Below, piece by piece: positions 12,676 through 25,606 of a stretch of DNA of 64,000 bases. Position 1 is the first letter of the stretch, and each line of letters begins with the position of its first letter. The DNA is taken from positions 38,688,001 through 38,752,000 of the forward strand of contig OX597821.1 in assembly GCA_951406725.2 (NCBI GenBank), given 5' to 3'. A program made the translations under genes and the position numbers. This DNA comes from Octopus vulgaris (taxonomy: Eukaryota). The notes under the pieces were generated by a model that was not told the DNA's origin, searched no databases, and was given only the letters and a program-made list of their open reading frames with translations.

Positions 12676-13539
12676 TTTATGGGCCCAGCATGCTTTCACA
12701 AAGATATATATATATAAACATTAGTTATTTCACTTTCAATGTTTAAAATGATATTTCAGTTTCAATTAATTAAGGATGAAAAATTTAATTACGAATGCTA
12801 GTAGAATATATTTTTGTTCACACAAAAGCCAACCACAGCTGTAAATGCCCCAACTGTAACCACTTTCTGATTTATGCATGTGAGCATTCAGCCAACTGAA
12901 ACCAGCTGCCTCCAATTTTGCTGTCTTCTTTCATTCTTTGTCCTTTGCAAGTTCCTTCCACCCACTTGGCATTTCTTTTTTCAAATGTTATCCATTATAT
13001 ACATCAGTTACCTCTACCAGTGCAATCAAGTCTCTCTTGAACATTTCATACAGTTTCATAGTTTCCCTCTCCACTCGCTTTTGCCAAGTTCTTCAACCAC
13101 AATAACTTTTCACATCCAGCAGGGTCTGCTTGCCTCTTTTCATTCAAGCCAGTACATATACCTTAATCAAGTCCTATATTTTACTATTATGCATTACCTT
13201 ACTTCAAACAGTCTGCCTTTTACTTGAAGAAAGAATCGATTTGTTATCTGCTGTGGAAATAACTCGTCAATGCTACTATCTTGTTCTTATTTTAACCACA
13301 CTTTTGGAACCTCCACTTCTAAAAATAGATGTTTCCTAGGTACCAGACGCTATCAATAGATCCTTCTTCACACCTGAAAGTATATATTCCATGACTGCTC
13401 CTGCTACTAAGTACTCCTATACTTTTGCTATATATGAAATCCATTCTCTGTTACCTGTGTGTGATGTCTCCACATTCCTTGTGTGTCCATAGTTTTACAG
13501 AAGGTTCACTTAATAGAAATATTTAGCTACGTAGGGTAT

Positions 13540-13892
13540 TAAGAGCATCATCCAAGCATGATCATTGCCAGAGCGGCTATCTGGCCTCCGTGCCGGTGGC
13601 ATGTAAAAGACACCATTTGAGTGTGATCGTTACCAGCATCGCCTTAAAAAGATTTGAGTGAGGTCGTTACCAGTACCGCCTGACTGGCCCCCATGCCGGT
13701 GGCATGTAAAAGCACCCACTACACTCTCGGAGTGGTTGGTGTTAGGAAGGGCATCCAGCTGTAGAAACTCTGTCAGATCAAGATTGGAGCCTGGTGCAGC
13801 CATCTGGTTCGCCAGTACTCACTCAAATTGTCCAACCCATGCTAGCATGGAAAGCAGACGTTAAATGATGATGATGATAATGATGATGATGA
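13540..13892 (+). mobile_element. RTE LINE 3' UTR with (GAT)n tail
   Basis: Collinear with 49475-49925. Confidence 0.85.
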
Positions 13893-14217
13893 TTTCTGCA
13901 CACTGAGAATGGTCATTTCACATACGGAAGGAGACTCTTGTATTCTTTCTTGTTAAGACATTTGTTATTGATAAATTTACTTCTTGACCTAGAAATAATT
14001 CTAGATTCTCCTTCCATAACTAAGAAGGATTAGAATATCTCATAATTCTTTTGCTCTGAACTGGTACTTAATTCGACAAGACTCTGAAAAGATGTTAGTA
14101 ATAGGGATGCAATGAATACCAATGTAAAATGTGAAAGGATCAGACAAGTATTTAGCATAGATTTTTACTGTAAGAAAATATTTATTCAGAAACAATTTTC
14201 TCTATTTACACAGCTCT

Positions 14218-14410
14218 AAGGTGATGAGCTGGCAGAATCATTAGCATGATACTTTGCAGCATTTCATCTGTCTTTTTATGCTCTGAGTTCAAATTCTGTC
14301 AAGGTCGACTTTGCCTTTCATCCTTTCGGGGTTGAGCACTGGGGGGGGGTCAATGTAATTAACTTACCCCTCTGCTGAAATTGCTGGTCTTGTGCCCAAA
14401 TTTGAAACTA
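14218..14410 (+). mobile_element. tRNA-derived SINE family C
   Basis: gagctggcagaatcattagc...gagttcaaattc...gtcgactttgcctttcatcc; copies also at about 28.9, 30.5, 56.9 and 57.1 kb. Confidence 0.8.
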
Positions 14411-16298
14411 ATATATTTACACAGCTACATTTAGACATTAATTGACAAAGATCATTTCAGTTTATTTAGTTTTATATTTTAAGTTATTATGTAATAAACT
14501 TAAAATTTTAAGAAGTAGTCTAAATTAAGAAAATAATAATATCTAATTATGAAATAGCTACAAACATCTGTCCATGTGATATTGAGAATATAGTGAGCAC
14601 CATTACACAATACAATTGGCTGGAGTTGTTTTTCCATTCAGTTTGTATTTCATATACTTACATTTAAAATTAACAATAAATATCCATGCATAATACAATT
14701 TGTCTGATAAGTTTAAAAATAATAATATTTATTAATAATTGTTTTAAGGAAAGGTTATAGACTCTCATGTTCTTACAATGATGTACCTTCGTAAAAATTT
14801 CAGCAACATTGATGTAAAGTTGTGGCCTACATCCATTGATTTCTCTCTATTAAGAAGATAACTACAATACCAGATCTAAGGTTTTCCTGTTGTTCTCTCA
14901 CTAAAATATGTACCCAAATGTTTATGTTTAATATTTAAATACCATTCACGAGGTGGGTGCCACTGAATGACTGAATTAACAGAGCTACATTCAAAATATC
15001 TTGTGATTTTAGTCATGTCTCTTTATGAGTACAGCTGAGATTAACTTTGCATTTCTTTCCATCGATAAAATATGTACCAGTAAATCACTGGGGTCAATTT
15101 AATCGATGGTAACTTTTTTCACAGTGATCAATGGATGGTGGGTATCTTAGTTCACGCTTGTATTACTCAAAACAAGTTTTCCTAAACATTATTTTCTAAA
15201 CAATTTTTTTAATATTTTCTTCTTTGTGCGATGCAAATTTCTTTAGATTAATACATTTTAAGAACATCCCTGCCTTCTCTCAAGATATTTCCTATTCTGT
15301 CTTCTGGATGAGAGTATTTTTAGTGGATGGTATTTTTGCTAATTTTATTGTCTGCTAGAATCATGTCAAAGCTGCTGTCTATATTTCTCATTTATTATCT
15401 CTGAAATTTAAATTATCTGGTTATTGAAACATGGTTTTATTACTTGTCAGTATATAGTCTATTATGGTGTGTTTATGTTCAATAATTGCTAGGGTACGAT
15501 ATCTGAGTGGTGAGATTTGCATTACTTTTTACTATTAATCTTTTTTCGCCATGTTGTATGTAGTAGTTATTACCAAATAATGGTTTTCGTTTTGTTAACT
15601 TGTTTCTTTTTATATCATGTTATGTAATGCGCTGCAGTGGGCCTGTCTTCTGCTTGCATGCTCAGCCAGTTAAAAGGTACCTCTATGTCCTGTATGACAG
15701 TCATGATGTTTAAAACTCCACTGTTTTGCATCTGAATTTATCAATAACGTCAAACGTCTAAAGTTTATTCAGCAGCTTGCATGTTCCAGGTTTATTGTTA
15801 ATTATATTTTTAATTTCAGTGAGTTTGATTGGGTCTAATAAATGTTAGGTTTTGTTTCATGAGATTTTTAAGAGGCTTTTTGCATTTTCTATTACAAAAA
15901 AAAAAAGGCTAAATGAAAATGAATAAAAATAATGATTGTCAGTAATGGAGAGTGAAATAATTTTATAAACCAAAATTATGTAACAACACATGAGATAAAG
16001 CAGTAAATGAAATAAATACAATATTAAAACTACAGCAAATCAATGAAAGAAACTTTGCTTGATCTACCAGATATAATACCCAAATTCCCTTTAATTCTCT
16101 TGATGCCACTCTGGTCTTATGATACCAAAATTTCATTTTAAAATGATCTAAATTAAAATCTTCCAACAAAATTAAATGTTAATTCAAGTTCCAAACACCA
16201 ACTTAATAATGACAAAGTTTTTTTTTTTTCCTAAATTCTTCATTAATTGAAACATTATTTACATTTGATGGATATTTGTCCTCATCTTGTTTGTTGTT

Positions 16299-16341
16299 AA
16301 CACGTTTCGGCTGATATACTTTCCAGCCTTCATCAGGTGTC
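16299..16341 (-). ncRNA. Minimal type I hammerhead ribozyme motif
   Basis: gacac-CTGATGA-a-ggctg(gaaagtatat)cagcc-GAAAC-gtgtt; the NUH triplet is missing in this copy. Confidence 0.7.
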
Positions 16342-16396
16342 TTAGGGAAATTTTGAACCTGGGTTCTCATTCCTAAGATATTTTTCGATGTTGTTG

Positions 16397-16480
<84 letters not shown>

Positions 16481-16579
16481 TCACTGCCTGGAATCGAATC
16501 ACTATGCCATATACCTGTGGGCATATGGCGTAGTGGTTAAGAGCACGGGTGACTAACCCAGGTTTGAAATTTCCCCCAA

Positions 16580-16622
16580 GACACCTGATGAAGGCTGGAG
16601 GATATATCAGCTGAAACGTGTT
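16580..16622 (+). ncRNA. Minimal type I hammerhead ribozyme motif
   Basis: gacac-CTGATGA-a-ggctg(gaggatatat)cagct-GAAAC-gtgtt. Confidence 0.7.
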
Positions 16623-17309
16623 AAGATGAGGACAAATATCCATCAATTGTAAATAATGTACATAATTCTTCATCTCTTAATTATGGAACTGTATGAAACA
16701 AAAGTAGTGTATTCCAACAGAAATATGGTTAAAGAACAGGTTAAATCTTACACAACTATCTGAAACAAACTAATATCAAGGCTGCATTGGATACCATAGA
16801 TACTTGGTGCCTTGATAAAAGAAGGGATCATCATAATGGAATATTTCTGATTATAGGTCAGCTAAGTCAGAGCTGTTCTGGTGCTAAACCATTGAGCTGA
16901 ATCCATGCATGTATTTCACAGTCAAACACACATCAAAAATAGAACTCCAACATTCATTCCATCATAAGCGAAATTCAATAACATATTAGTAAGAAAAATT
17001 AATTAATTAAGCATTTCTTTGTTAATAACAAACCATAAGTCTGCCAGCTTTTCAATAATAAACTGAAGAATGATATTATTTACAGTTGCAGATATAAACA
17101 TGAAATTTGTGAATTTCATGACAAAACATAAAGGACAAGGAAGGAAATATGAAAAACAAAAATGGTAAAACAGGAACATAATCATGAATTCAAAAGATAT
17201 TTATTAAAGATAAACATCTCAATCACATGTTTATATGTTCATGTGTGTGTATATATACAAATGTATATTTACACGCATAAAGTATATCACACACACACAC
17301 ACACGAAAT

Positions 17310-17705
17310 AGATGCAAGCATGGCTGTGCAGTTTAGAAGCTTGCTTTGCAATCACATTGTTTCGGGTTCTATCCCACTTTATGACACCTTGGGCAAGTGT
17401 CTTCTACTAGCCCCAAGCCAATCACTCCCTTGCAAGTAAATTTGGTAGACAGAAACTACGTGTAAGCCTGCCATAAATATATATATATATGTGTATGCAT
17501 GTGTATTGATGTTTGTCACTCCACTACCACTGAATAACTGGTATTGGTTTATTTATATCCCTGTAACTTTGTGGTTTGGCAAAAAAGACTGATAGAATAA
17601 GTACTAGACTTAATAAATATATACTGTTGTCAATTTATTTGAGTAAATCCTTCAAGGCACTGCTGCAGCATGGCGACAGTCCAATGACTGAAACAAGTAA
17701 AATAT
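17310..17705 (+). mobile_element. SINE family A, full length, diverged
   Basis: Head, gacaccttgggcaagtgtcttctacta block, TA spacer and 3' end tgactgaaacaagtaaaa. Confidence 0.8.
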
Positions 17706-18461
17706 AATGTTTTATTGGAGCTGAAAAATCATCACAAACTGTTATTTTGTGTGTTCGAACTGCTAATTTCTTCTCTACATTTGTCACATTTGAAGGTTAT
17801 CTTCCCTGCTAGTCTCCTTGTGACACCCAATGCATCATTTTTATGCTTTAGATCAATCACATTAAACATTCTATCTTACCATTCTACCAAATCATGTACT
17901 CATAGATTACAAGATTAAGTAGAAATGCCATAAAGAGTATAGCATTTCTACCTAATTCCTTTCTGTCATATCAAGCCCTGCTGTTTGCTTGTTGGTTGTA
18001 GGTTCTATATTCTTCCCTATTTACTAAATCTTTGGCTTTTCCTAATTTTACTCTGAGGTCTCTGAATTCTAGGTTTGGCTTCCATGTTTGGAATCCCTTT
18101 TCTAAATTTTCTGCAGGATCTTCTGTAAGAACTTGTCCATTAAAATACAGGAGTTCTCATAGACAGATAGATTTAAATTTCTCAGTTATGACCCACAGAA
18201 ATGAATTCAACAGGATGGAGCAGAGAACTAAATCCTGATGAACACCTACCTGCCTGATTGCTAAATTCAATACACAACTTATAAACTGACTCACATACGG
18301 TTGATTGTTCCTTTGAACGACACATTTTTTGCCCTCACAAGCCATTTATCTATCACTAACTTTTTTAAACATACAGAGAAACTGATCAGAATGTCAGCAA
18401 GTAATATCACCACCACCATCTTTTCATTCAGTTGGGGACAAGCAAAGCTGTATAACAACAG

Positions 18462-18542
<81 letters not shown>

Positions 18543-18574
18543 GGCATAAATATATAAATGAAAAAATAAATATT

Positions 18575-18820
18575 TCCTTCTTGATCCATGCCAGGCTCAC
18601 GAGGGTCAGGTTTCCTGGTTTCAATGGCATATTTATTCCCCATCTGGATGGGATGCCAGTCTGTCACAGGATTTCTCACTTTTGCTAGCTGAGTGCACTG
18701 GAGCAATGGGAAATGAAGAGTTTTGCTTAAGAACACAATGCATCGCCTGGACCAGGAATTGAAACTACAATCTTACAATCCTGAGTCCAACGCCCTAACC
18801 CCTAAGCCACATGCCTCTAC
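18575..18820 (-). mobile_element. SINE family B
   Basis: Collinear with 5040-5278. Confidence 0.85.
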
Positions 18821-18930
18821 TGAATAAAATTCAAACTGTAAGCTATATGACCAGTATTTAGAACTTCATGTCCATTCTTATCTATCAAAGTTGAAAACTG
18901 ACCACTCATGTATGTATGTATATATATATA

Positions 18931-19118
18931 CATACACTCACTCATACACACACATATTTATACTACTATATAAATATTCAAATAATATCATTACCTTAGC
19001 AGTTGTGTTTATCAGCTTACCCAACAATAAATCTCTTTTTAGCTCCATTGTAGATGAAATATAGTTGAGATTATAATGAAGATGAATTCACGAAAAGAAA
19101 GGTTTAAGTAATACAACT
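18931..19118 (+). repeat. Direct repeat copy 1 (188 bp of unique sequence after a (TATG)n(TA)n tract)
   Basis: Identical to 23370-23568 except for one C/T change and an 11-nt tandem duplication in copy 2. Confidence 0.95.
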
Positions 19119-21340
19119 TGCCCTAGCTTCCTTTCACTGACCTTCATAGTTACAAAGATTACAAATGACAAACAAAAAGAAAACAAAAAATCATGAGACT
19201 GTTCAAAAAGTATTTAGTTATGTCAGCTAAATAAAATAATTTATAAAAAAAACTCTCCTGTTATGCTGTGACGGATGGTCTGTGGTTTCCATCAACCAAA
19301 ATTACTCACAAAGCATTGGTGAGCCATGGGATATCGTAGAAGATACTTGTCCAAGATGCTGTGCATCGATGTTGAAGCCCAAAGCCATATGCCTGCAATT
19401 ATGTGTGTGTGCATGTGTGTATATGTGTTTGTGTGTGTATGCATGTGTCTGTGTATATGCATATATCTGTGTGTATGCATGTATTTGTATGTATGTGTAA
19501 ATACACAGACACACACTCACGCACACATGTATGCTTTTATCATAGCTATTAGGCAAGTTCTCATTTATTCAAAATTATCTGGCCTCAGTTGTGGTTAAGA
19601 CACAACCATAAAGGACTAACAACTTCAGATTAAAAATACTGTGCAACCTTTAAGTAAAAAAATTAAGAATTTTGTTTCAAAAAAAGCAACAGTTTGAGCA
19701 AAGAACTGAGTTACTAGTATCTTGTACACTCAGTGCTGATTATCTGTTGCATAAATATCAGCCTTGTTAACTTTTGATCCAGTTCAGGGAGAAAAGAGAA
19801 TGGTTTAGATGTGTTTTAAAATATTGCTTAAACAACAACAGAATTTCATAAGCGGACTGTTCTTGGAATAATATCAAATGTGTGAGGTTTAAAAGCTAAA
19901 TTCAATAAGTTAATGAAAAGACATTCAGAAAATTCTCGAGAGAGCCAGAAACAACAGCTTCTGCAGATATTACTGGTAATATGTTTTCTTTAAAGACATA
20001 GAGAAGTGTTTTCTTGATGGCCTTTATATAATATTTCAAAACATATTCAAACAACAGATAATTCAAGAGCAAACAAGCTTGGATTACCAACTGAAACTGG
20101 AAACATGAAACTCACAGCAGTGGCTTTTATGAGGCTTCCGGCTGTAATACTCTACATTTACATACTGAGTATTGTAATTTACTGCCACTTGGTGAATTGA
20201 CAGGAATTAAGAAAGAGAGAGAGAGTGGGGGGGAGAGACAGCAGGTAGAGATATATGGACATAATACACAAAACCACATATACATCAACTTACCTCTGTG
20301 TATTTAGCTGTTGGCTGTGATGTAAACATAATGGGAAAAGTAAAACAACTCCTTCATTCAGTTGGATCATGGACAAACTGATTGATTGTGAGTTTGTAAG
20401 AATATAAGAATAGATGTGTTGTTGTGTTGATAGAGTTAAATGAACGGAATGTTTGGAATAACTGAGGATGATGGAGGGTAGTAATTAGTGGAATTTAGGA
20501 TTGGTTAACTAACTCTTTGGTTGCTCTACTTACGTGAATTACTGATGGTTATTTGACAAGAAATTTTTTTGCATATTGGAAGATTAACTGACAAAATGGT
20601 TGGCCAGAACTTATGATTTGGTTGATTCAAGTACCAACTGCAAGTGAATATTGTGGAGGACGTGTCTCTGTACGATGTGTAGATGTCAATAATAAATGGT
20701 TCGTTCATATGTTTTAAACTGGCAAATATATTTATATGAGAGATGTGGATCTTCCAGTGTAGAAAATTGTATTTAAAGAATTGGCTCAGAGACCTTTTCC
20801 TTCAAGCTGCTCCCTGCTGTAATCATGTGCCAATCAGAAATGAGGTTGTTGCAGCCTCTCAGGACAAAACCTATAAACATTACTTGTTAAATACGAAAAC
20901 TTACCACATTTCAAACAAAAACAAGTAAAAGACATTCCTCTAGTTTACTCCTGAATTTCTGCCGAAGCACAAGTGAAGTGTGCTGTGTAGTGGTAAAATG
21001 TCCCTTTAATATTTCTCCTTAAAACATAAACGCCTAAGATGTTTGGTAAGAACAATGTTAAAGTTGGTTGGATAGCATCACATCTCAAATATCCAACCAA
21101 ATCTACAGAAGTAGAAACTTGTAAAGTCATCTGCCGTAATGTAATTGCTGCTATATTGCTTCCAGCCAACTTAATGGCAAATATCCTGCAAATGCGTTAG
21201 AGTAAAAAGTAAAAATAATGGAATCAGTCGCTGTAAAAACAACTACAAAGCAAGACCATACAATACTGGTAAGCAAGGTGGACAATACACACCCAGACTA
21301 AAGCTAAAAATATATACAAACATTCAAACATACATATATA

Positions 21341-21500
21341 GGGGAGGGGGGGATTCACGAAAAAAACAAAAGACAAAGACAGGTGGTGTACAAAACAAAC
21401 AGATGTATTAGTGTAACGCTCAGGAATAGAAAAAGACTTTTACGTTTTGAGCCTACGCTCTTCTACAGAAAGGGACACAGAAAAAAACAAGGAGAGAAAC
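21341..21500 (-). mobile_element. Short non-autonomous Penelope pLTR-like element with hammerhead
   Basis: Lies between TA tracts; architecture resembles 58700-58906; hammerhead at 21437-21472. Confidence 0.6.
21437..21472 (-). ncRNA. Minimal hammerhead motif (variant or decayed core)
   Basis: cttt-CTGTAGA-a-gagc(gtag)gctc-AAAAC-GTA-aaag. Stems I and II are perfect; A6 is U and G12 is A (a CpG-type change). Confidence 0.6.
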
Positions 21501-21559
21501 ATATACATATATATACATGCATATATGTGTGTATGTGTTTGTATCTCTCTCTCTCTCTC

Positions 21560-22008
21560 TCTCTAGTTGGGTGATCTTGTACTTCCTCTACCGCATGACA
21601 CCTGTTTCTGTCTCTCTGTCTCACTATGACCTTTCATTATCTGACACAAGATCACCTCCTCCAAAAGACTCTTGTCTTGCAGGTTACTTGGTAATCCTGT
21701 CAGTGCAGGTGCCACTCAAGAAGCACCCAGTCCACACTGTAAAGTGGTTGGCATTTGGAAGGGCATCCAGTTGTAAAAACCTTGCCAAAACTGACCTCGC
21801 CAGTGCTTGTGCTATGTAAAAAGCACTAAGTTCACTCTACTGGGTGGTTGGTGTTAGGAAAGGCATTCATCTGTAAAAATCGTGCCAAAACAGTCACAGA
21901 AGTCTGGTACAGGCTTCTGCCTGGCTGGCTCCTGTTAAACTATCCCATCCATGCCAGCATGGAAGGTGGATGTTAAACAATAATGATGATGATGATGATG
22001 ATGATGAT
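21560..22008 (+). mobile_element. RTE-related 3' UTR with (GAT)n tail, diverged subfamily
   Basis: Two ggaagggcatccag blocks, ccatgccagcatgg and (GAT)n. Confidence 0.7.
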
Positions 22009-22029
22009 ATATATATGTTTATGAATTTG

Positions 22030-22309
22030 TGTTAAAACTCCTGATGTGAAATCGTGTGTTGAAACAGATATTGTTGTATTTTGGGATGGTCATTTCTTTT
22101 TTACCAAACACACACACTATATATTTGTTTTTCACTCGTTTATTACTTTTCTCATTTTAACTCATGTCCATTGTCTGGAAATCTTTCATCACACATCTGT
22201 GACCTCTTCAGTGAAACATTTTGTCTTTGAGTGTGCTCTTGCTTCACTTATTTCATTCTACTCTTCTATGATGTGTATCCTTAAGTGTGCATGCATTTAC
22301 ATCCATGTT

Positions 22310-22348
<39 letters not shown>

Positions 22349-23070
22349 ATGTGTGTGTGTATGTGTGGGTATGTGTATGCTTGTGTGTGTGTCATTGTTC
22401 TTAGTAGCAGTATGACCTTTTCCTCAGCCCCCCCCCCATTATTGTTACTGCTGTCTTAGGACCCAAAAATTTGGTACAGTTCCTTTATCTCTCTGTATTT
22501 GTGAGTTCACCCAGGGTGTTGCTATTGTGGTAGTTGTTGTTATTGCCATTGTTGTTACCGCTACCACTGCTATCAGTGTTAGTCGTGTTGTTGATATTGC
22601 TGTGGCCATCTGTAAAGTTACTGTGTTTGTGTGTGCTTATGGGTTTGATTCTTATGTTGTTTGTATCCATGCCCTTTATATAGATTTACCTATTATTTAT
22701 TTATTTTTTATCTATCTCTATTTCTAATATTTTTCACAGGTATGTGACAAATATATTTATCTATTTATTTTGTTTTATCTATCTCTATTTCTTATGTATC
22801 ACAGGTATGTGCATATCTGCCTATTGTGTGTGTATTACCCTGTTTGTATCTGTGCTTTATTTATTATTGTTCTTATTTTTTCTCTCTCTTCTCCTTCCTT
22901 CTGTCGTTAGTCATGTGGTGTGATGGTGGGTGTTATTGTTCCATTCGTGTTTTCTATTGAGGCTCAGTCTGGCTACTGCTATGTGTGTAGCCTCTGTAAT
23001 CTGTCTAAGTGTCGTGTCAGTTCTATGCGTTGATATTGACAAATATATGGTGCATGTGTTTATTTGGCAA
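22030..23070 (-). mobile_element. Penelope-like element 3' relic
   Basis: Minus-strand translation near 22930-23040, STHRTDTTLRQITEATHIAVARLSLNRKHEW, resembles a GIY-YIG C-terminus; a hammerhead-like motif lies downstream at 22172-22218. Confidence 0.55.
22172..22218 (-). ncRNA. Hammerhead-like motif
   Basis: tgtttca-CTGAAGA-g-gtcaca(gatg)tgtgat-GAAA-gat-TTC-cagaca; stem I is imperfect. Confidence 0.5.
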
Positions 23071-23307
23071 AGAAAAATAAAAGTACAGTATTAAATATCC
23101 ATCATAGCTGATATTACCAATCGGTTTTGCACTAGGAATACAATGGAGTGTTAGGTAGCAATCTGATTATATAACCTTATACTCATAAGAGATTGCTGAT
23201 ATGGAAGGAATATATATATATATATATGTATACCTACACAAACACACATACACACACATATGTATATTAATACATTAAGAATTAATATAAATATTAACCC
23301 ATAAATA

Positions 23308-23343
<36 letters not shown>

Positions 23344-23369
23344 TGTATGTATATATATATATATATATA

Positions 23370-23568
23370 CATACACTCACTCATACACACACATATTTAT
23401 ACTACTATATAAATATTCAAATAATATCATTACCTTAGCAGTTGTGTTTATCAGCTTACCCAACAATAAATCTCTTTTTAGCTCCATTGTAGATGAAATA
23501 TAGTTGAGATTATAATGAGATTATAATGAAGATGAATTCATGAAAAGAAAGGTTTAAGTAATACAACT
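23370..23568 (+). repeat. Direct repeat copy 2
   Basis: See 18931-19118. Confidence 0.95.
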
Positions 23569-25488
23569 GATATTAGTAGCTCTTAGTGTGGTAGAAGCCA
23601 TTAGGGCTAAGCTTAGTGATCATTACTTAAATGTTATGAGAAAAAAAATGATTGAAGACTTACAAAACAGGATTACACTAGAGCGATCAGCCATGGTACA
23701 GCCACAACAGAAGTAAAGAGTGTAAGTTCAATTATATCTAAAACAAAATACATATGTGAAAAAAATCATTGCATGAGAAGAAATGACAATACAAAGATGA
23801 CATCTTCATTGATAGGCAATACAAAACATGAGATTAATAGCTGGAAAAAAAAAATTACTAGTCTGCTATCAGTTTTCTATATTCACAAAAACCATTACAC
23901 TCTCTACACAAGTATACAATGCCCGTATATATATATGTGTGTGTGTGTGTAGTGTAGTGTATTCGGTATCAGAGTTGTGTTTTGGAGCCAAATAGTAAAG
24001 AATGTTTTACCTGATTTAAGAGTGTAGATGCTAGAAAGAGATTTTCGTTTTCAAGTGCAGCCTTCAACAATAGCTTGTTCAGAAGTCATGAAGCAATATT
24101 GACAAGTGATAAAGAAAAGCATCGCAAAACGTGCAGAGCAAGAGAACAGCAGAGCCATTGAAAATAAAGAGATGTCTGTTTAATTTGGTTTTTTTTTTAA
24201 TTTATTGCTATTAGGTGGGGTGGTATATTGGTTTTTATTTTTTGACATCATCTTCTACAATTTTCTATCTTGATAACACTTCAAATAGCTTCTAGATGAC
24301 AATAGTAATAAAAAGGAAGTGTTGAAGTCTTGTTTCACTCACTACTGAAATCAATTTTCAGTTATCATTACTTTTCTTTTTAATTTTTTTATTGTTTTTT
24401 ATTTTTCCTTTCTGTTCTTTGATATATCTCTTCATTTTTAGTTTTCATGGTTTTATGAGAATCTGTCTTAAGATTATCAATACACTCTTCAAATTGACAT
24501 CTTAGTAGGTCACCACTGAAATATTCAAACTTACCAAACTTGAATTATTTTACTAATGTAGTATCGAGCCAAAACTATAAAACACAGAAGAATACAATTA
24601 ATTTCATTAACATTTGATATTCAAGACTGACGAGATTTCACGATAAACAGATGATAATAAAGATAAGATATGATAATAAACTTCTTTTTAGAGAATATCT
24701 TTTACTTTCACTTTCTATGTTAAAACTTTACTAAACTCTATTTTATGTTAAACAAAGTTTTATTCTTCTGTTAAACTTATTAAAATACAATATTAATTTT
24801 TGTTAATTATGTATTCACCTTATCTTTTACAGAAGATATTTATAGTTGAGTGAATTAATCTTATTAGTATATCACTTTTTTACCAATTTCATTCATTTAC
24901 TGTTAGTCTGACTATCCAAAATATTTTACAGTATTTTGGTTGAGCCCAGTTCTTATTTCAATCTGAGAGGTTGGTTTAAGTGATTTCTGTTTGTCAAAAT
25001 GTTAAGTTTATGAAATGCAATATAAACAACAACACCAGTTTTTAATCTGTTGTGTATATATACAATGAAATGAACATAAATTCATCTATATTGGCGGAGT
25101 TATTAGAATGTTCAATAGAATGATATCATTTGTTCTGGAACCCTGCAATCTGATTTCAAATCCAATCAAGGTCAACTCTACCTTTTATCATTTTGGAGTT
25201 AATAAATAAAGTAGAATTGAGGGAAGTTGATTAGTAGACTAATCCAAAATATTGGATTTGTTGTTCTGGCTGTTAAGATTCTGGGTTAAAATTCTTTTTA
25301 AATTTGATGGTCAGAGCTACATAAGAATGAAAGATTCCTATCCAACTCCAAACATACAGGTGAGTGGGTTTACAAACAACATTGATAAAAACAGTTCTAT
25401 ATTTGAGAGATGAGGAATTATGTACATCATTTACATTATTTACATTATTTACATTTGATGGACATTTGTCCTCATCTTGTTTGTCATT

Positions 25489-25533
25489 AACACAATGTTT
25501 CGGTTGATGTACTCTCAGACTTCATCAGGTGTC
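25489..25533 (-). ncRNA. Minimal hammerhead motif (decayed)
   Basis: gacac-CTGATGA-a-gtctg(agagtacat)caacc-GAAAC-ATT-gtgtt. It keeps the triplet position; inferred consensus GAAACGTT. Confidence 0.65.
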
Positions 25534-25606
25534 CTGGGAGAATTTTGAACCCGGGCTGTCATTCCTAAGGTATTTTTCCGATGTTATTATTATTATTATT
25601 ACTATT

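Larger units (their letters stand above)
16255..16693. mobile_element. Palindromic head-to-head dimer of a tRNA-headed, (AAT)n-spaced, hammerhead-tailed retroposon
   Basis: Inverted arms about 16252-16365 and 16556-16662; central palindrome 16500-16535 with A box tggcgtagtgg; B box gattcgattcc on the minus strand; TSD tgaaaca at 16248-16254 and 16694-16700. Confidence 0.8.
16030..16744. mobile_element. TTAA-ended MITE-like repeat interrupted by the palindromic hammerhead element
   Basis: The flanks join to a sequence similar to 52660-52825, and the right end is ...caggTTAA. Confidence 0.55.

Noticed and set aside
16500-16560. Functional tRNA gene
   Set aside because: Only partial tRNA-like heads; no complete cloverleaf or acceptor stem. 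The same applies to all SINE heads.
24010-24175. Minus-strand exon-like segment ending CAG|GTAAAA
   Set aside because: The frames I translated contain stops; no independent support.
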